Below the pieces are notes generated by a model. That model was given only the letters and a program-made list of their open reading frames with translations. It was not told the DNA's origin and made no database searches. 64,000 bases of DNA from a virus. This document shows positions 48,477 through 57,523 of this stretch, piece by piece. The first letter of the stretch is position 1; each line of letters begins with the position of its first letter. The DNA is taken from the IMG/VR virus record IMGVR_UViG_3300008227_000004, one strand, 5' to 3'. A program made the position numbers and the translations under genes.

Positions 48477-48670
48477 TGAAAGACAAACGGTCGATTGAAC
48501 TAACTGGAACAGATATTGTGTTGGAGCTATCAAAAGCAACTGCGGTAAAAACACAAAAGAACATGATACATTTGGATGAACTTGATGATGGAACCTGGAG
48601 ATTGATTTATAATGGTAACTTAATCCCTGATTTTTCCCAAATCTCAGCACTAACAATGGTGCGACAATAA
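48476..48670 (+). CDS. hypothetical protein
   Basis: 64 aa; overlapping start. Confidence 0.4.
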   Translation: MKDKRSIELTGTDIVLELSKATAVKTQKNMIHLDELDDGTWRLIYNGNLIPDFSQISALTMVRQ

Positions 48671-48903
48671 TGTATATGACATATGGTGTGATAACTAGAG
48701 GTGGGTATAGTGGTGGTGAGTGGAGCGAGACTTCACGCACCATCAACATACAAGCTAAAACTAGAAAGAAATTGCAAGCAAAGAAAGATGAAGCTACAAA
48801 AACGCACACGAGTGCTGGCAGTCCAATCGACTTTGGGTATGTATCAGGGACATCAGAAATCGAGTGGTCATCACAACTGTGGAAGTTAGTTTCTTCCACC
48901 TAA
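48670..48903 (+). CDS. hypothetical protein
   Basis: 77 aa; overlapping start. Confidence 0.4.
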   Translation: MYMTYGVITRGGYSGGEWSETSRTINIQAKTRKKLQAKKDEATKTHTSAGSPIDFGYVSGTSEIEWSSQLWKLVSST

Positions 48904-48914
48904 TTTTAATAATA

Positions 48915-48986
48915 GCGGATTAACTCAATTGGTAGAGTGCTCACCTGATAAGTGGGAAGTTTTGGGTTCGAATCCCAAATCTGCTA
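48915..48986 (+). tRNA. tRNA-Ile (anticodon GAU)
   Basis: acceptor GCGGATT/AATCTGC; D-arm CTCAATTGGTAGAG; anticodon arm CTCAC-CTGATAA-GTGGG; T-arm TTGGGTTCGAATCCCAA. Confidence 0.75.
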
Positions 48987-49004
48987 CAAACAAAAAGGAT
49001 AATA

Positions 49005-49451
49005 ATGATAGGTACATTAACAATTTCGCAAGCTGTAATAGGATTCCTAGGATTCCTGGGTATCAACAATTTCAAAGAACTTACCAACGCCATATATGGA
49101 TTGGTTGGGATGAAAAGGGATGGTGTTGAGATAATCCAGACGGATAACGATGTTGAGATTCGTAAGAATGGCAAGCTGATTATCAAGTTTGATGTTGACT
49201 CCATAGAAGAAATGTTTGATAATACGTTACCAGTTCCGGACTTCTCATACAACTCGTATGAGGCGTTTATTGTTAACCAATGGGATGTGTTGGACCCGAA
49301 GCCAACCATTATAAAATTGTGGCGTGAAGATGCTGCCATTTTGATTAAAATAAAATATCCAGGTACTGGACAAGAAGCAACAACGAAAATAGAACACGGT
49401 GACTTAGCTGAACAACGATTAACAATCTTAGCTGAACTACATCGAGAATAG
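49005..49451 (+). CDS. hypothetical protein
   Basis: 148 aa; follows tRNA-Ile. Confidence 0.5.
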   Translation: MIGTLTISQAVIGFLGFLGINNFKELTNAIYGLVGMKRDGVEIIQTDNDVEIRKNGKLIIKFDVDSIEEMFDNTLPVPDFSYNSYEAFIVNQWDVLDPKPTIIKLWREDAAILIKIKYPGTGQEATTKIEHGDLAEQRLTILAELHRE

Positions 49452-49456
49452 ATTAT

Positions 49457-49531
49457 TCCCACTGGGCCGCAAGGTGTGGCACCTCCCTGTTAAGGAGATT
49501 TAGCGAGGTTCGATTCCTCGAGTGGGAGCCA
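49457..49531 (+). tRNA. tRNA-Asn (anticodon GUU)
   Basis: acceptor TCCCACT/AGTGGGA perfect; anticodon loop CTGTTAA; T-arm CGAGGTTCGATTCCTCG; CCA encoded. Confidence 0.65.
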
Positions 49532-49546
49532 AATAAGGAAAAAGCA

Positions 49547-49759
49547 ATGGATACATTAGGGGAATTAGCGAAGATCATGGGCATCGAGAATCAAACCAGA
49601 TACTGTATAACATACGGTGAAGGTGATAACAAATGTAGCTGTGAATTTTCTGCAAGAATGTCAAATTCGGAAGAAGAATTAGCTGACCTGCTTGAGGAAT
49701 TTGTCTCTCATTTACGAGCTGACAAAACCGAAGTGACAACGAAGGATGGGATATTCTGA
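49547..49759 (+). CDS. hypothetical acidic protein
   Basis: 70 aa; RBS AAGGAAAAAG. Confidence 0.45.
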   Translation: MDTLGELAKIMGIENQTRYCITYGEGDNKCSCEFSARMSNSEEELADLLEEFVSHLRADKTEVTTKDGIF

Positions 49760-49869
49760 ATGTGTGCAATGCTGGACTTGGATGAGTGGCTTGACGAGAT
49801 GAAGCCAACCGATAGAGAACGCAATGTAAAAAGATTTAAAGATTTATATGTAGCACAATTTCAACAACT

Positions 49870-49937
49870 GGGGGTGTATACGGTTAGACTGGATGGTTTG
49901 CAACCAACCGGGCGGAGTTCAACTCTCCGTACCTCCA
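49870..49937 (+). ncRNA. tRNA-like element with truncated D-arm (possible tRNA or pseudo-tRNA)
   Basis: acceptor GGGGGTG/TACCTCC with G-U pairs; canonical T-arm CGGAGTTCAACTCTCCG; anticodon-like arm GATGG-TTTGCAA-CCAAC; only 12 nt for the D-region; lies inside ORF 49760-49960. Confidence 0.3.
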
Positions 49938-49956
49938 CAAAAAACAACGAGGATGC

Positions 49957-50313
49957 ATGATGTCTGATAGAAAACCTGGAATAGGCAACTTTTTTAAGTG
50001 GCCGGTATTTGAGCTGGATCCGAATGATAGCAACACCACGGTGTTCACAGTATCTAAAGATCGTGACAAAGAACCAGGAACAATCTCCGGATTTGATATG
50101 TCACCATCAGATACGCTACTGATTAATGATTGGTTAGCAGATCACAACAAAACATGCAAATTTTACGATGACGGGAGCACAGCTTCTAATCCTTGTGGTG
50201 CAATAGGTGGTAGACTAACGTACAGCTTCACTCCAACGGGGTTGGGTACTGTAGTTGTGGTTATGTGTGCTTGTGGTGCTAAACTTGATTTAACAGACGT
50301 GGATAATTGGTAA
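49957..50313 (+). CDS. hypothetical protein
   Basis: 118 aa; ATGATG overlap upstream. Confidence 0.5.
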   Translation: MMSDRKPGIGNFFKWPVFELDPNDSNTTVFTVSKDRDKEPGTISGFDMSPSDTLLINDWLADHNKTCKFYDDGSTASNPCGAIGGRLTYSFTPTGLGTVVVVMCACGAKLDLTDVDNW

Positions 50314-50588
50314 TGTTTATAGTAGAGAGTGAGATTGATAGATCCGAACAACACAATCCTGTTTTACGGGTTGTTGTCTTTCAAACCGCCGACGATCAGC
50401 AACAATTCGATACGAGGACATATAGCATGTCTCTTCGATCGGTAGATGCAGATATGCACCAATGGTGCGAACAAGTGATGGTTGCAAATGTTACAGATAT
50501 TGTCACCCAAGTAGAACAGGGTACTAAAGCTAACATCAAAAAAATGATTGCCAAGACATTTAACTTTCTTGGCCTAGACTTTTCATAA
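50307..50588 (+). CDS. hypothetical protein
   Basis: 93 aa. Confidence 0.45.
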   Translation: MVMFIVESEIDRSEQHNPVLRVVVFQTADDQQQFDTRTYSMSLRSVDADMHQWCEQVMVANVTDIVTQVEQGTKANIKKMIAKTFNFLGLDFS

Positions 50589-50771
50589 ATAACTAAATGA
50601 AACATATACAATTTATAGTGTGGTTTTCTGATTCATCATATGACCCCCAAAAGGTTGAAGTTTGGGCGTTAACCAAAGAGCAAGCAGTCATATTGGCACA
50701 AGCTGAGCGAATCAAAGCTGGTGACGATTATACATTGCATAGTATTAGTTTTTGAGAGTTTTAAGGGCAAC

Positions 50772-50963
50772 ATGGCCAGAGATTTTGGGGTTACAAACAA
50801 GAAGTACAAAAAAGCGTTATCAGATATGCGTGATATCGAATTGACAACAGAACATCTGGAATCAGTAAAATTGTTGTTAGCGGCCGAGGATGCAAGAGCT
50901 GCATTAGCGATAAAAAATCAACAAGTCAGTGAAGGAGATCTTCACCGACGGTTTAATTTATAG
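50772..50963 (+). CDS. hypothetical protein (internal ATG of track ORF 50721)
   Basis: 63 aa. Confidence 0.4.
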   Translation: MARDFGVTNKKYKKALSDMRDIELTTEHLESVKLLLAAEDARAALAIKNQQVSEGDLHRRFNL

Positions 50964-51420
50964 GTACTTTTGGTGGTAATAAATGGAAGCGATATATCAT
51001 TGCAGTGAATGCTCATTTCGATGGAGACAAAAACCTGATATGGTTGTGTGTCCAAAATGTAAACACAAATACGTAAAGTGGATAAATTTTAGCGACTGTG
51101 AAAAAAACAAATTTAGATAGATCAGCAGAACGTGTCAGCAACTATGCGCAGCTTGACACCTACCGGACATTGGGGGTTCGACTCCTCCCTGTTGAGCAAA
51201 ATAACAATTTTGTGTTATTCCCATCCCGTACCCAACACCTGACACTATCGGGAACCATACATGCTACGGCATATGGGGGAACAACATAAGAATGGTGACG
51301 AATCCACATCTGTGCACGGAGGTGGAGGAAAGATAAGAATGGTAGTCACACCTCCCCTCCCGACACAAGCCACAAAGTGGCACTATCGGGAACCATCCGT
51401 GTTACGACACGAGGGAACAA

Positions 51421-51496
51421 TGGATCGCTAGCTCAATCGGCAGAGCATTCGACTTTTAATCGAAGGGTACTGGGTTCAAATCCCAGGCGGTCCACC
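51421..51496 (+). tRNA. tRNA-Lys (anticodon UUU)
   Basis: acceptor GGATCGC/GCGGTCC; D-arm GCTCAATCGGCAGAGC; anticodon arm TTCGA-CTTTTAA-TCGAA perfect; T-arm CTGGGTTCAAATCCCAG; CCA encoded. Confidence 0.8.
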
Positions 51497-51676
51497 AATT
51501 AATTTTAACTATTTTGAAGGTAAAAAAATGACAGCTTTTGTCGCTATTGTAACATTAATTGTAGTTTGGGTATTAACGTGGTTTTTAAATAAACGATACG
51601 ATGATGACCCAATAAAAGATTTCTTGCGTTATATTGGAGCCACCTTTGCATCAATGGCTATTGTATTCTTCTGGCA

Positions 51677-52045
51677 TTGGATGTGATAAGCAACAGAAAC
51701 ATCGCTGAATATGATCAGTTGTGTAAGTGGAGATCTGCTTGGTACGCTGCGTTGAACCGACCAGTTGCAGATTCACAGAACAACCAAGATAAGATAATTC
51801 GTCGTATTCACATCGCAAATATGAAAATCAGCGGTATGTTACAACGATGCAACGATGTAACCACTGATGATACTTATTACCATCCAAGAGATGATAACGA
51901 TCAGCGGTGGATTATAATATTCGAAGACGCAGATGTTGGTAATCAAATATACTTCGATGAACAGGAAGCTATCGCTGCATATGAGCGGTTAGAATGTAAC
52001 TGGAATTGTCATTTATTTCAATCCGTACAACGCAACACAAAATAG
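51677..52045 (+). CDS. hypothetical protein
   Basis: 122-aa ORF ending at the next tRNA. Confidence 0.45.
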   Translation: MDVISNRNIAEYDQLCKWRSAWYAALNRPVADSQNNQDKIIRRIHIANMKISGMLQRCNDVTTDDTYYHPRDDNDQRWIIIFEDADVGNQIYFDEQEAIAAYERLECNWNCHLFQSVQRNTK

Positions 52046-52118
52046 TCCCGAGTCCGAATGGCGAGGAACCTCTTTTACACAGAGGCCGTATACGGTTCGA
52101 TTCCGTACGGGACTACCA
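52044..52118 (+). tRNA. tRNA-Val (anticodon UAC)
   Basis: acceptor AGTCCCG/CGGGACT perfect; anticodon arm CCTCT-TTTACAC-AGAGG perfect; T-arm TACGGTTCGATTCCGTA perfect; CCA encoded. Confidence 0.7.
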
Positions 52119-52120
52119 AT

Positions 52121-52333
52121 TTAATTAGGCACTGTTATGGTTATGGTCCTATCTGTTATTTCTTCGCACCCATCGGAAAACATCAATGTTATGTGATCTT
52201 TCACAGTATCGTGGTCAATGCTCACTAATTTGTTTTTGTATCCATCCAATCCACCTTCCGATATTATCATTGCTTGCCCCGATTTTGTTAGTACATCTAC
52301 CAAAAATTCAGCAGAGAGTGTAATTCGTATCAT
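52121..52333 (-). CDS. hypothetical protein on the minus strand after the tRNA cluster
   Basis: 70 aa; AGGATGG RBS-like 7 nt upstream of the ATG; opposite orientation to its neighbours. Confidence 0.5.
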   Translation of the reverse strand: MIRITLSAEFLVDVLTKSGQAMIISEGGLDGYKNKLVSIDHDTVKDHITLMFSDGCEEITDRTITITVPN

Positions 52334-52402
52334 GTTACCATCCTATATTATTGTATTTTGTATTTATGGGTGGGTATTACCTCATAAATACCCAATTAAC
52401 AC

Positions 52403-53185
52403 ATGGAGATTTTAATGAAAGTTAGTGATATATTATATGAAAGTCATGCAAATGAGCGCATCATCAGTGCCTTGGCCGATGCGATAGCCACCAACATCAT
52501 GGATGGTATAAAAAATGGAACTCTACCTTCGATGAAGTTGGGCGATCACGAAATCCCACATACGGGTGTGATTGGTACTGTTGCTAAATTAGCAGGTTCA
52601 AAACTAACAGGTTCATTATATAACAGATTGGGTAAAGTTAAAGTGGAGGTGTTTAATTCCAAAGCATCTAACAACGCTGGTGAAGCACAACAAGGGATGG
52701 TTGCAGTCAATACCCACGCATTAAGATCAAAAACAAAATTAGCTAGCACACTGGTGCATGAGTTGAAACACGTTCTGGAATACTCACAAACGAAGGGCGA
52801 TCACAAAGGAATGACATCCAAACACAAAGAAACAAATGAGCCAGATTCACAAGGTGATCAGGACCACACCAAACAATATCACCGTCGTCGTACGGAAATT
52901 AACGCTAGATTATCTCAAGCAATGAAAGGGTTAACTGCAGAGTTGGATAAGGTTGATGGAAAAAAGATTACAAATGAGCAGCTTTCGGAATTAATTTTTA
53001 AACAACTGTCTAAGTATGAGCTGCAGATGATTTTCAAATCAGGCAAATCAACAATCATGTCATCTATATTTGGAAGCACCCCTCCACCTAAGTCCATTTT
53101 TCATCCAACGGACAACAAGTATTACCAGAAACTAATATCACGCTTATATTCATATGCAAAAGAGCATATCGATCGAGTACAATAA
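52403..53185 (+). CDS. hypothetical protein with HExxH zinc-metallopeptidase motif
   Basis: 260 aa; LVHELKHVLEY; RBS-like ACATGGAG upstream. Confidence 0.45.
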   Translation: MEILMKVSDILYESHANERIISALADAIATNIMDGIKNGTLPSMKLGDHEIPHTGVIGTVAKLAGSKLTGSLYNRLGKVKVEVFNSKASNNAGEAQQGMVAVNTHALRSKTKLASTLVHELKHVLEYSQTKGDHKGMTSKHKETNEPDSQGDQDHTKQYHRRRTEINARLSQAMKGLTAELDKVDGKKITNEQLSELIFKQLSKYELQMIFKSGKSTIMSSIFGSTPPPKSIFHPTDNKYYQKLISRLYSYAKEHIDRVQ

Positions 53186-53200
53186 CCAACGGAGAATTAC

Positions 53201-53452
53201 ATGACTGACCAAAGAGAACCAATCGCATCCATCATGGATATGAACGAGGAAGTAGAAAACCTCGAACAACACCGATTAGCAAATGCTACATATTTCCCAT
53301 GCTACATCAACACAAAAGACGACACTGTCGCTCCAGCGTTGTTTACTGAACGCGAATTGCAAGTAGCAATGGACCGCGCTCGAAAGAATCCTGAAGATAT
53401 AACCAGTCAGTATGAAGAAGAAAAAACGTGGCTAGAGAGCATTTTCGGATAA
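53201..53452 (+). CDS. hypothetical acidic protein
   Basis: 83 aa; RBS ACGGAGAA. Confidence 0.5.
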   Translation: MTDQREPIASIMDMNEEVENLEQHRLANATYFPCYINTKDDTVAPALFTERELQVAMDRARKNPEDITSQYEEEKTWLESIFG

Positions 53453-53483
53453 ATACCAACAATTATAAAGGAGATCTACCTAA

Positions 53484-53690
53484 ATGAACACATTAATGAG
53501 AAAGCGTGCAGCACGCTTAGCTAAAATCGCCAACACAGAAATTAAAGAAGCTACAATCCCAGTTGTTGAAGCTCCTGTGGATACAGTCGAAGAAGTTGAA
53601 GACGTTAAAGAACCAACCCCATCACAATCCGTAGCTGCTAAAGTTGTATCAGCAGTTAAGAAAAAAACATCCACAAAGAAGAAAAAATAA
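53484..53690 (+). CDS. small Lys-rich hypothetical protein
   Basis: 68 aa; RBS AAAGGAGA; C-terminal KKKTSTKKKK tail. Confidence 0.5.
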   Translation: MNTLMRKRAARLAKIANTEIKEATIPVVEAPVDTVEEVEDVKEPTPSQSVAAKVVSAVKKKTSTKKKK

Positions 53691-53693
53691 CAC

Positions 53694-53722
53694 TTGACCA
53701 CCTTTTGTTGATGTGTTATACT
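53694..53722 (+). promoter_or_regulatory. sigma70-like early promoter (TTGACC, 17 nt, TATACT)
   Basis: near-consensus hexamers, 29 nt upstream of the 53751 start. Confidence 0.55.
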
Positions 53723-53750
53723 ATTATATCACTACAACAAAAGGTGTTTC

Positions 53751-54185
53751 ATGCTTGATAAAGCTATAGCCATCGTCGCACAGGCATTCGAAGGTAAATT
53801 CGATAAAGGTGGGCAACCATACATATTACACTGCTTGGCAGTTATGTATCAAATTCCAGAAAATGACACACAAGGACGTATAGCAGCTGTTATGCATGAC
53901 TTGATTGAAGATTGTCCTGAGTGGTATTATGAACGATTGATCAACGAAGGATTTGAACCGGAAACTGTGATGGTTGTTGAAGCTGTCACACACCTGAAAG
54001 ATGAGACGTACGATGATTACATCAAGCGAGTTTACGCATCGCCACACCTAGATTTTCGCGCACGCGACATCAAAAAAGCTGACTTACGACACAACTCGGA
54101 TATTCTTCGCATGAAAGGTATTAGAGCAAAAGACTTCACCCGTTTGGAAAAATATCACAAAGCTTTTCTATTTCTAAGCGACTGA
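53751..54185 (+). CDS. HD-domain phosphohydrolase resembling the (p)ppGpp hydrolase domain of RelA/SpoT
   Basis: 144 aa; GGQPYILHCLAV...AAVMHDLIEDC matches the SpoT/Mesh1 HD pattern (H..H...AALLHDxxED). Confidence 0.5.
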   Translation: MLDKAIAIVAQAFEGKFDKGGQPYILHCLAVMYQIPENDTQGRIAAVMHDLIEDCPEWYYERLINEGFEPETVMVVEAVTHLKDETYDDYIKRVYASPHLDFRARDIKKADLRHNSDILRMKGIRAKDFTRLEKYHKAFLFLSD

Positions 54186-54221
54186 GGTTGCAATAATTCA
54201 CACACCAGGTATAATAGTCAC

Positions 54222-54416
54222 ATGTATTTAATATTATTTTGTTTATTTCTTGTAATTGGAATGGATATGGGCATCCTTGCCTATGTTATTGGTTTCTTTT
54301 GCATGTTTCACCCAGTAACACTCATTATCTTTGGTGTGTCGGTAGCTGTAATAACCGGTGCCCCGATTTGGGTGTATGTTGTTGGTATTATTTGTACACT
54401 TTCGGAGATAAAATGA
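54222..54416 (+). CDS. small two-TM membrane protein
   Basis: 64 aa; hydrophobic. Confidence 0.45.
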   Translation: MYLILFCLFLVIGMDMGILAYVIGFFCMFHPVTLIIFGVSVAVITGAPIWVYVVGIICTLSEIK

Positions 54417-54682
54417 GCACAACTAAAACAATTTTGGAATTGGCTGCAGGCTATGCTGCAGGCACGTATACAGAAGACGCACTGATGGAAGTATGTGGGG
54501 ACGATAGTATCGTTTCTGACATCATATCGATTGCTGGTGGTCTGGTTGGAGCTGGCTTAGTTGCTGGTGCTACTAGCATGCTACTGGATACTGAAATCGC
54601 AACAGACGTAACGGATGTTGTAGACGAAGCACTGGATGGTATCGGTGAAGCTGTATCGGGGTTAAACCCATTTAGTTGGTAA
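54413..54682 (+). CDS. hypothetical acidic Gly/Ala-rich protein (ATGA-overlap start; track ORF begins 54239)
   Basis: 89 aa. Confidence 0.45.
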   Translation: MSTTKTILELAAGYAAGTYTEDALMEVCGDDSIVSDIISIAGGLVGAGLVAGATSMLLDTEIATDVTDVVDEALDGIGEAVSGLNPFSW

Positions 54683-54846
54683 CGCGTGTTAACTGTTCCG
54701 AATCGATAAGTATAGCAAAGTGGTGGTTACACGTTAAAACAACCACCACATTAAGACAAACCCAATAACATACGATTTTTCAATATTATGATAAAACATT
54801 TTAAAAGTGGGTTTCATTAGTTATATTTTAACTAAAGGAACCCAAA

Positions 54847-55383
54847 ATGAAAGAAACAAAACCGTACCAAAACCGTATCCATATCTTCCATCACACTGAT
54901 GGCAAATTGTGGACATTTGAAAATATACAAGAAGCTTGCCGATATATCACATCAATACGAGCTATTGGTGAAGTTGGAAGCCAATTCACTACATTTTCTT
55001 ACCATCAAGAATTTGCGGATGAGCACTATGGCATACAAATATATCGCCACAGTGAAGTCATAATACGTGATGATTATGGAGAAATAGTCCACTTGCAAGA
55101 TCTGATAGACGAGTGGAATAAACGATTCAAAAGCAAGTACCGTTGGAAAGGACCTCGTAGATTATCGGGATCTAAGTACTCCAGCTATCGTTGGTTTAGA
55201 GCACTACGCACCACGAATGAGCGCAGACAGGCAGTAGAAAACTGGGATGCGTATGACGATTATGGTATCGTTGTTAAACCGAGAGGTAAACGCAACGTGA
55301 ATAGTCTACCAAATTCGTGGGATGACTATTGTCGTTCACAAAACCATAGTTGGAAAAAGCATCGTAAGACACAGTGGCGTTGA
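54847..55383 (+). CDS. hypothetical basic protein
   Basis: 178 aa; RBS AAAGGAAC. Confidence 0.5.
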   Translation: MKETKPYQNRIHIFHHTDGKLWTFENIQEACRYITSIRAIGEVGSQFTTFSYHQEFADEHYGIQIYRHSEVIIRDDYGEIVHLQDLIDEWNKRFKSKYRWKGPRRLSGSKYSSYRWFRALRTTNERRQAVENWDAYDDYGIVVKPRGKRNVNSLPNSWDDYCRSQNHSWKKHRKTQWR

Positions 55384-55440
55384 AATAATTGGGTATTGTC
55401 TGTATACTAAAGGTTCACATTTAATCGTTTAGGAACAGTA

Positions 55441-56913
55441 ATGTCTAAAAAATCTAAGTTACAAAAACAAAAGTCACAACAACACAAGCAAGTCGCACAG
55501 CAAAAGAAAGACACTGCTGCCATTCTGGCTGAACACCACAAAAACCCCCCACCTGACTTTGAATTGCAGGTGGGGGATAATAATCAAGAAATCCTTAACG
55601 GTGACATCCAAGTTCGTTGGTGTATTACAGAAGAGCTGATAGACGCCCTAAACGAATCAAATGTTGTCGATCCACACATCCTACTGATATCAGCACAAAA
55701 AGGTAGCAGACAGGAAATGCAACGTCAGTTAATACCATTAACACAACTAAAAACATTCGTACGCTGCACCAAAGCGGGAGACGTAATTCTACACGCTTGG
55801 ATTATAAACGCTGTTGGTGGTCGCAAAGAAATCAATAAAAAATTCATGCGTAAGTTGCACGGTGATTTCGCAACAGATATGTTGGATTATGCAGGTGAGG
55901 GATACACCGCTGGTCGTGAGATCGCAAAATATACATCATTACCTGTGGTAATCCCAGCAGGCGTGTTTGGTAAAGAGCCTGGACCTCGCATGAAGAGATT
56001 CGTCAATATGTGGCACTCAAACAAAGCGGTGGATGAATGCAACTACAGACAGCGATTGATAATTGCGTGTACCATAAAGTGGGAAGCTATGATTGTGTAT
56101 GCGTTGGTGGCTATGACCCTTAGATTGATGCTATCATTTTTTGTGGCAGGGTGTGGTTATAGAAAAAACGTCAACTGGAACTTGGTTCTGCAGGTGTTCG
56201 AATTCGATGCTGCGGATATTTTCAGCGATGAATACGGTGGTAATTGGCTCGCCAACGACTACCTGCCGAAAATCACACACAAACACACCGATGGATACAG
56301 CACACTGAACCAATATTTCTTTTCATTTGTGCCACTAATACCATCGGTCGTAGCCTTCATATATAGTATCATTTATATGGGCTCGGATTTGGATAGTGTT
56401 GATAGTGTTGTGTTGACTAGTTTGACGGTAATAGCATTGGTGAAGATTGGTGTAGTCGTTGATGTGCTGGCATCGTTGATATTGTGGGCTGCTCACACCA
56501 CGATGTGGGATAGACTGGATAAATACATTAAGTATATCGACCGATTGTTGTGTAAGCGTCAGAACTTAGGGTGGCGCATTGTTAACACCATCGGTATTGT
56601 GGGTCTTGTTATGATGTTTGGATATGTTGCATATGTAATGTGGAGTATGATACAATGGGCAGTGTTATTGGTTGGGTCATTGGCTCTGTTGTTTGTTTTT
56701 ATGTACGCTATGTTAACATTATTTTACAAGTTCTTCACGATCGATGAAAAACACAACAACATCAATGATGTTAAAGAATTGCTATGTAATGATTGTGATG
56801 GGGCTGTGTTGAAAGGTGAGAGCCGAATAGTACCATTCCCAAGCAGACAGCGTCGAATCAAGCTTTTATATCTTGAGACAAAAAACAAAGTCTGTAAACC
56901 AATGCAACAATAA
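55441..56913 (+). CDS. large multi-TM membrane protein with hydrophilic N-terminal domain
   Basis: 490 aa; about 6 TM helices in the C-terminal half. Confidence 0.55.
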   Translation: MSKKSKLQKQKSQQHKQVAQQKKDTAAILAEHHKNPPPDFELQVGDNNQEILNGDIQVRWCITEELIDALNESNVVDPHILLISAQKGSRQEMQRQLIPLTQLKTFVRCTKAGDVILHAWIINAVGGRKEINKKFMRKLHGDFATDMLDYAGEGYTAGREIAKYTSLPVVIPAGVFGKEPGPRMKRFVNMWHSNKAVDECNYRQRLIIACTIKWEAMIVYALVAMTLRLMLSFFVAGCGYRKNVNWNLVLQVFEFDAADIFSDEYGGNWLANDYLPKITHKHTDGYSTLNQYFFSFVPLIPSVVAFIYSIIYMGSDLDSVDSVVLTSLTVIALVKIGVVVDVLASLILWAAHTTMWDRLDKYIKYIDRLLCKRQNLGWRIVNTIGIVGLVMMFGYVAYVMWSMIQWAVLLVGSLALLFVFMYAMLTLFYKFFTIDEKHNNINDVKELLCNDCDGAVLKGESRIVPFPSRQRRIKLLYLETKNKVCKPMQQ

Positions 56914-56972
56914 ATAAGATCACCACGATGGTTGGTTTATCGCCAACCATCATCAATTACAAGGATACTAAA

Positions 56973-57149
56973 ATGGCAGAAGAAAAACTATTAGGCGATA
57001 TCGTCGAAGAGCAATTAAAAAAGGTACATGCTGACAAAATTGCAGCAGCAGTATCTAAGGTCACAAAAAAACCGTGTGGGTGTGAAAAACGTAAGGAAGC
57101 ATTGAATAACATGCACCAACGTATTAAAAACAGCCTGCACAACAAATAA
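56973..57149 (+). CDS. small hypothetical protein
   Basis: 58 aa; internal ATG of track ORF 56928. Confidence 0.35.
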   Translation: MAEEKLLGDIVEEQLKKVHADKIAAAVSKVTKKPCGCEKRKEALNNMHQRIKNSLHNK

Positions 57150-57247
57150 CCAATGATAAGCAACACAACAAAAACGTTACACACGATATAGCTCACACAT
57201 CTACCAACAATTCCGTTGGATGGTGATGTGGGTATTGAGTGTGAACT

Positions 57248-57523
57248 ATGAACAAAAAACGAGCTTTTCGTCGCCACCAAACGCAAAAAAAATATAAAGC
57301 TGCACTTCTGTTGGTGCGAGATCGGTGGTATAGTGATGATTATACCACCGATCAGATACATGAACAAGCATCCCGAATTCGTGACAATATGAAAGATTGT
57401 TCGTGCTCGATGTGTTGCAATCCACGTCACAATGGGTGGGTGTCCAACGCTGAGCAATTAACAATGCAAGAGCGACGAAATTTTGACAAATACAACCAAT
57501 GGGAATTACATGAAACACATTAG
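57248..57523 (+). CDS. hypothetical basic protein
   Basis: 91 aa. Confidence 0.45.
   Translation: MNKKRAFRRHQTQKKYKAALLLVRDRWYSDDYTTDQIHEQASRIRDNMKDCSCSMCCNPRHNGWVSNAEQLTMQERRNFDKYNQWELHETH

Noticed and set aside
48929-49129. 66-aa ORF starting inside tRNA-Ile
   Set aside because: It begins within the tRNA and is overlapped in another frame by the better-supported ORF 49005-49451.
51123-51199. Candidate tRNA (acceptor TCAGCAG/CTGTTGA, T-arm GGGGGTTCGACTCCTCC)
   Set aside because: No 5-bp anticodon stem can be formed anywhere in the 43-nt middle segment and the D-loop lacks the GG pair. It is treated as a tRNA remnant, not a gene.
54690-54760. Hairpin GTGGTGGTT...AACCACCAC after gene 54413-54682
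   Set aside because: The 9-bp stem is good but no U-tract follows, so it is not called an intrinsic terminator; it may be an RNA-stability element.
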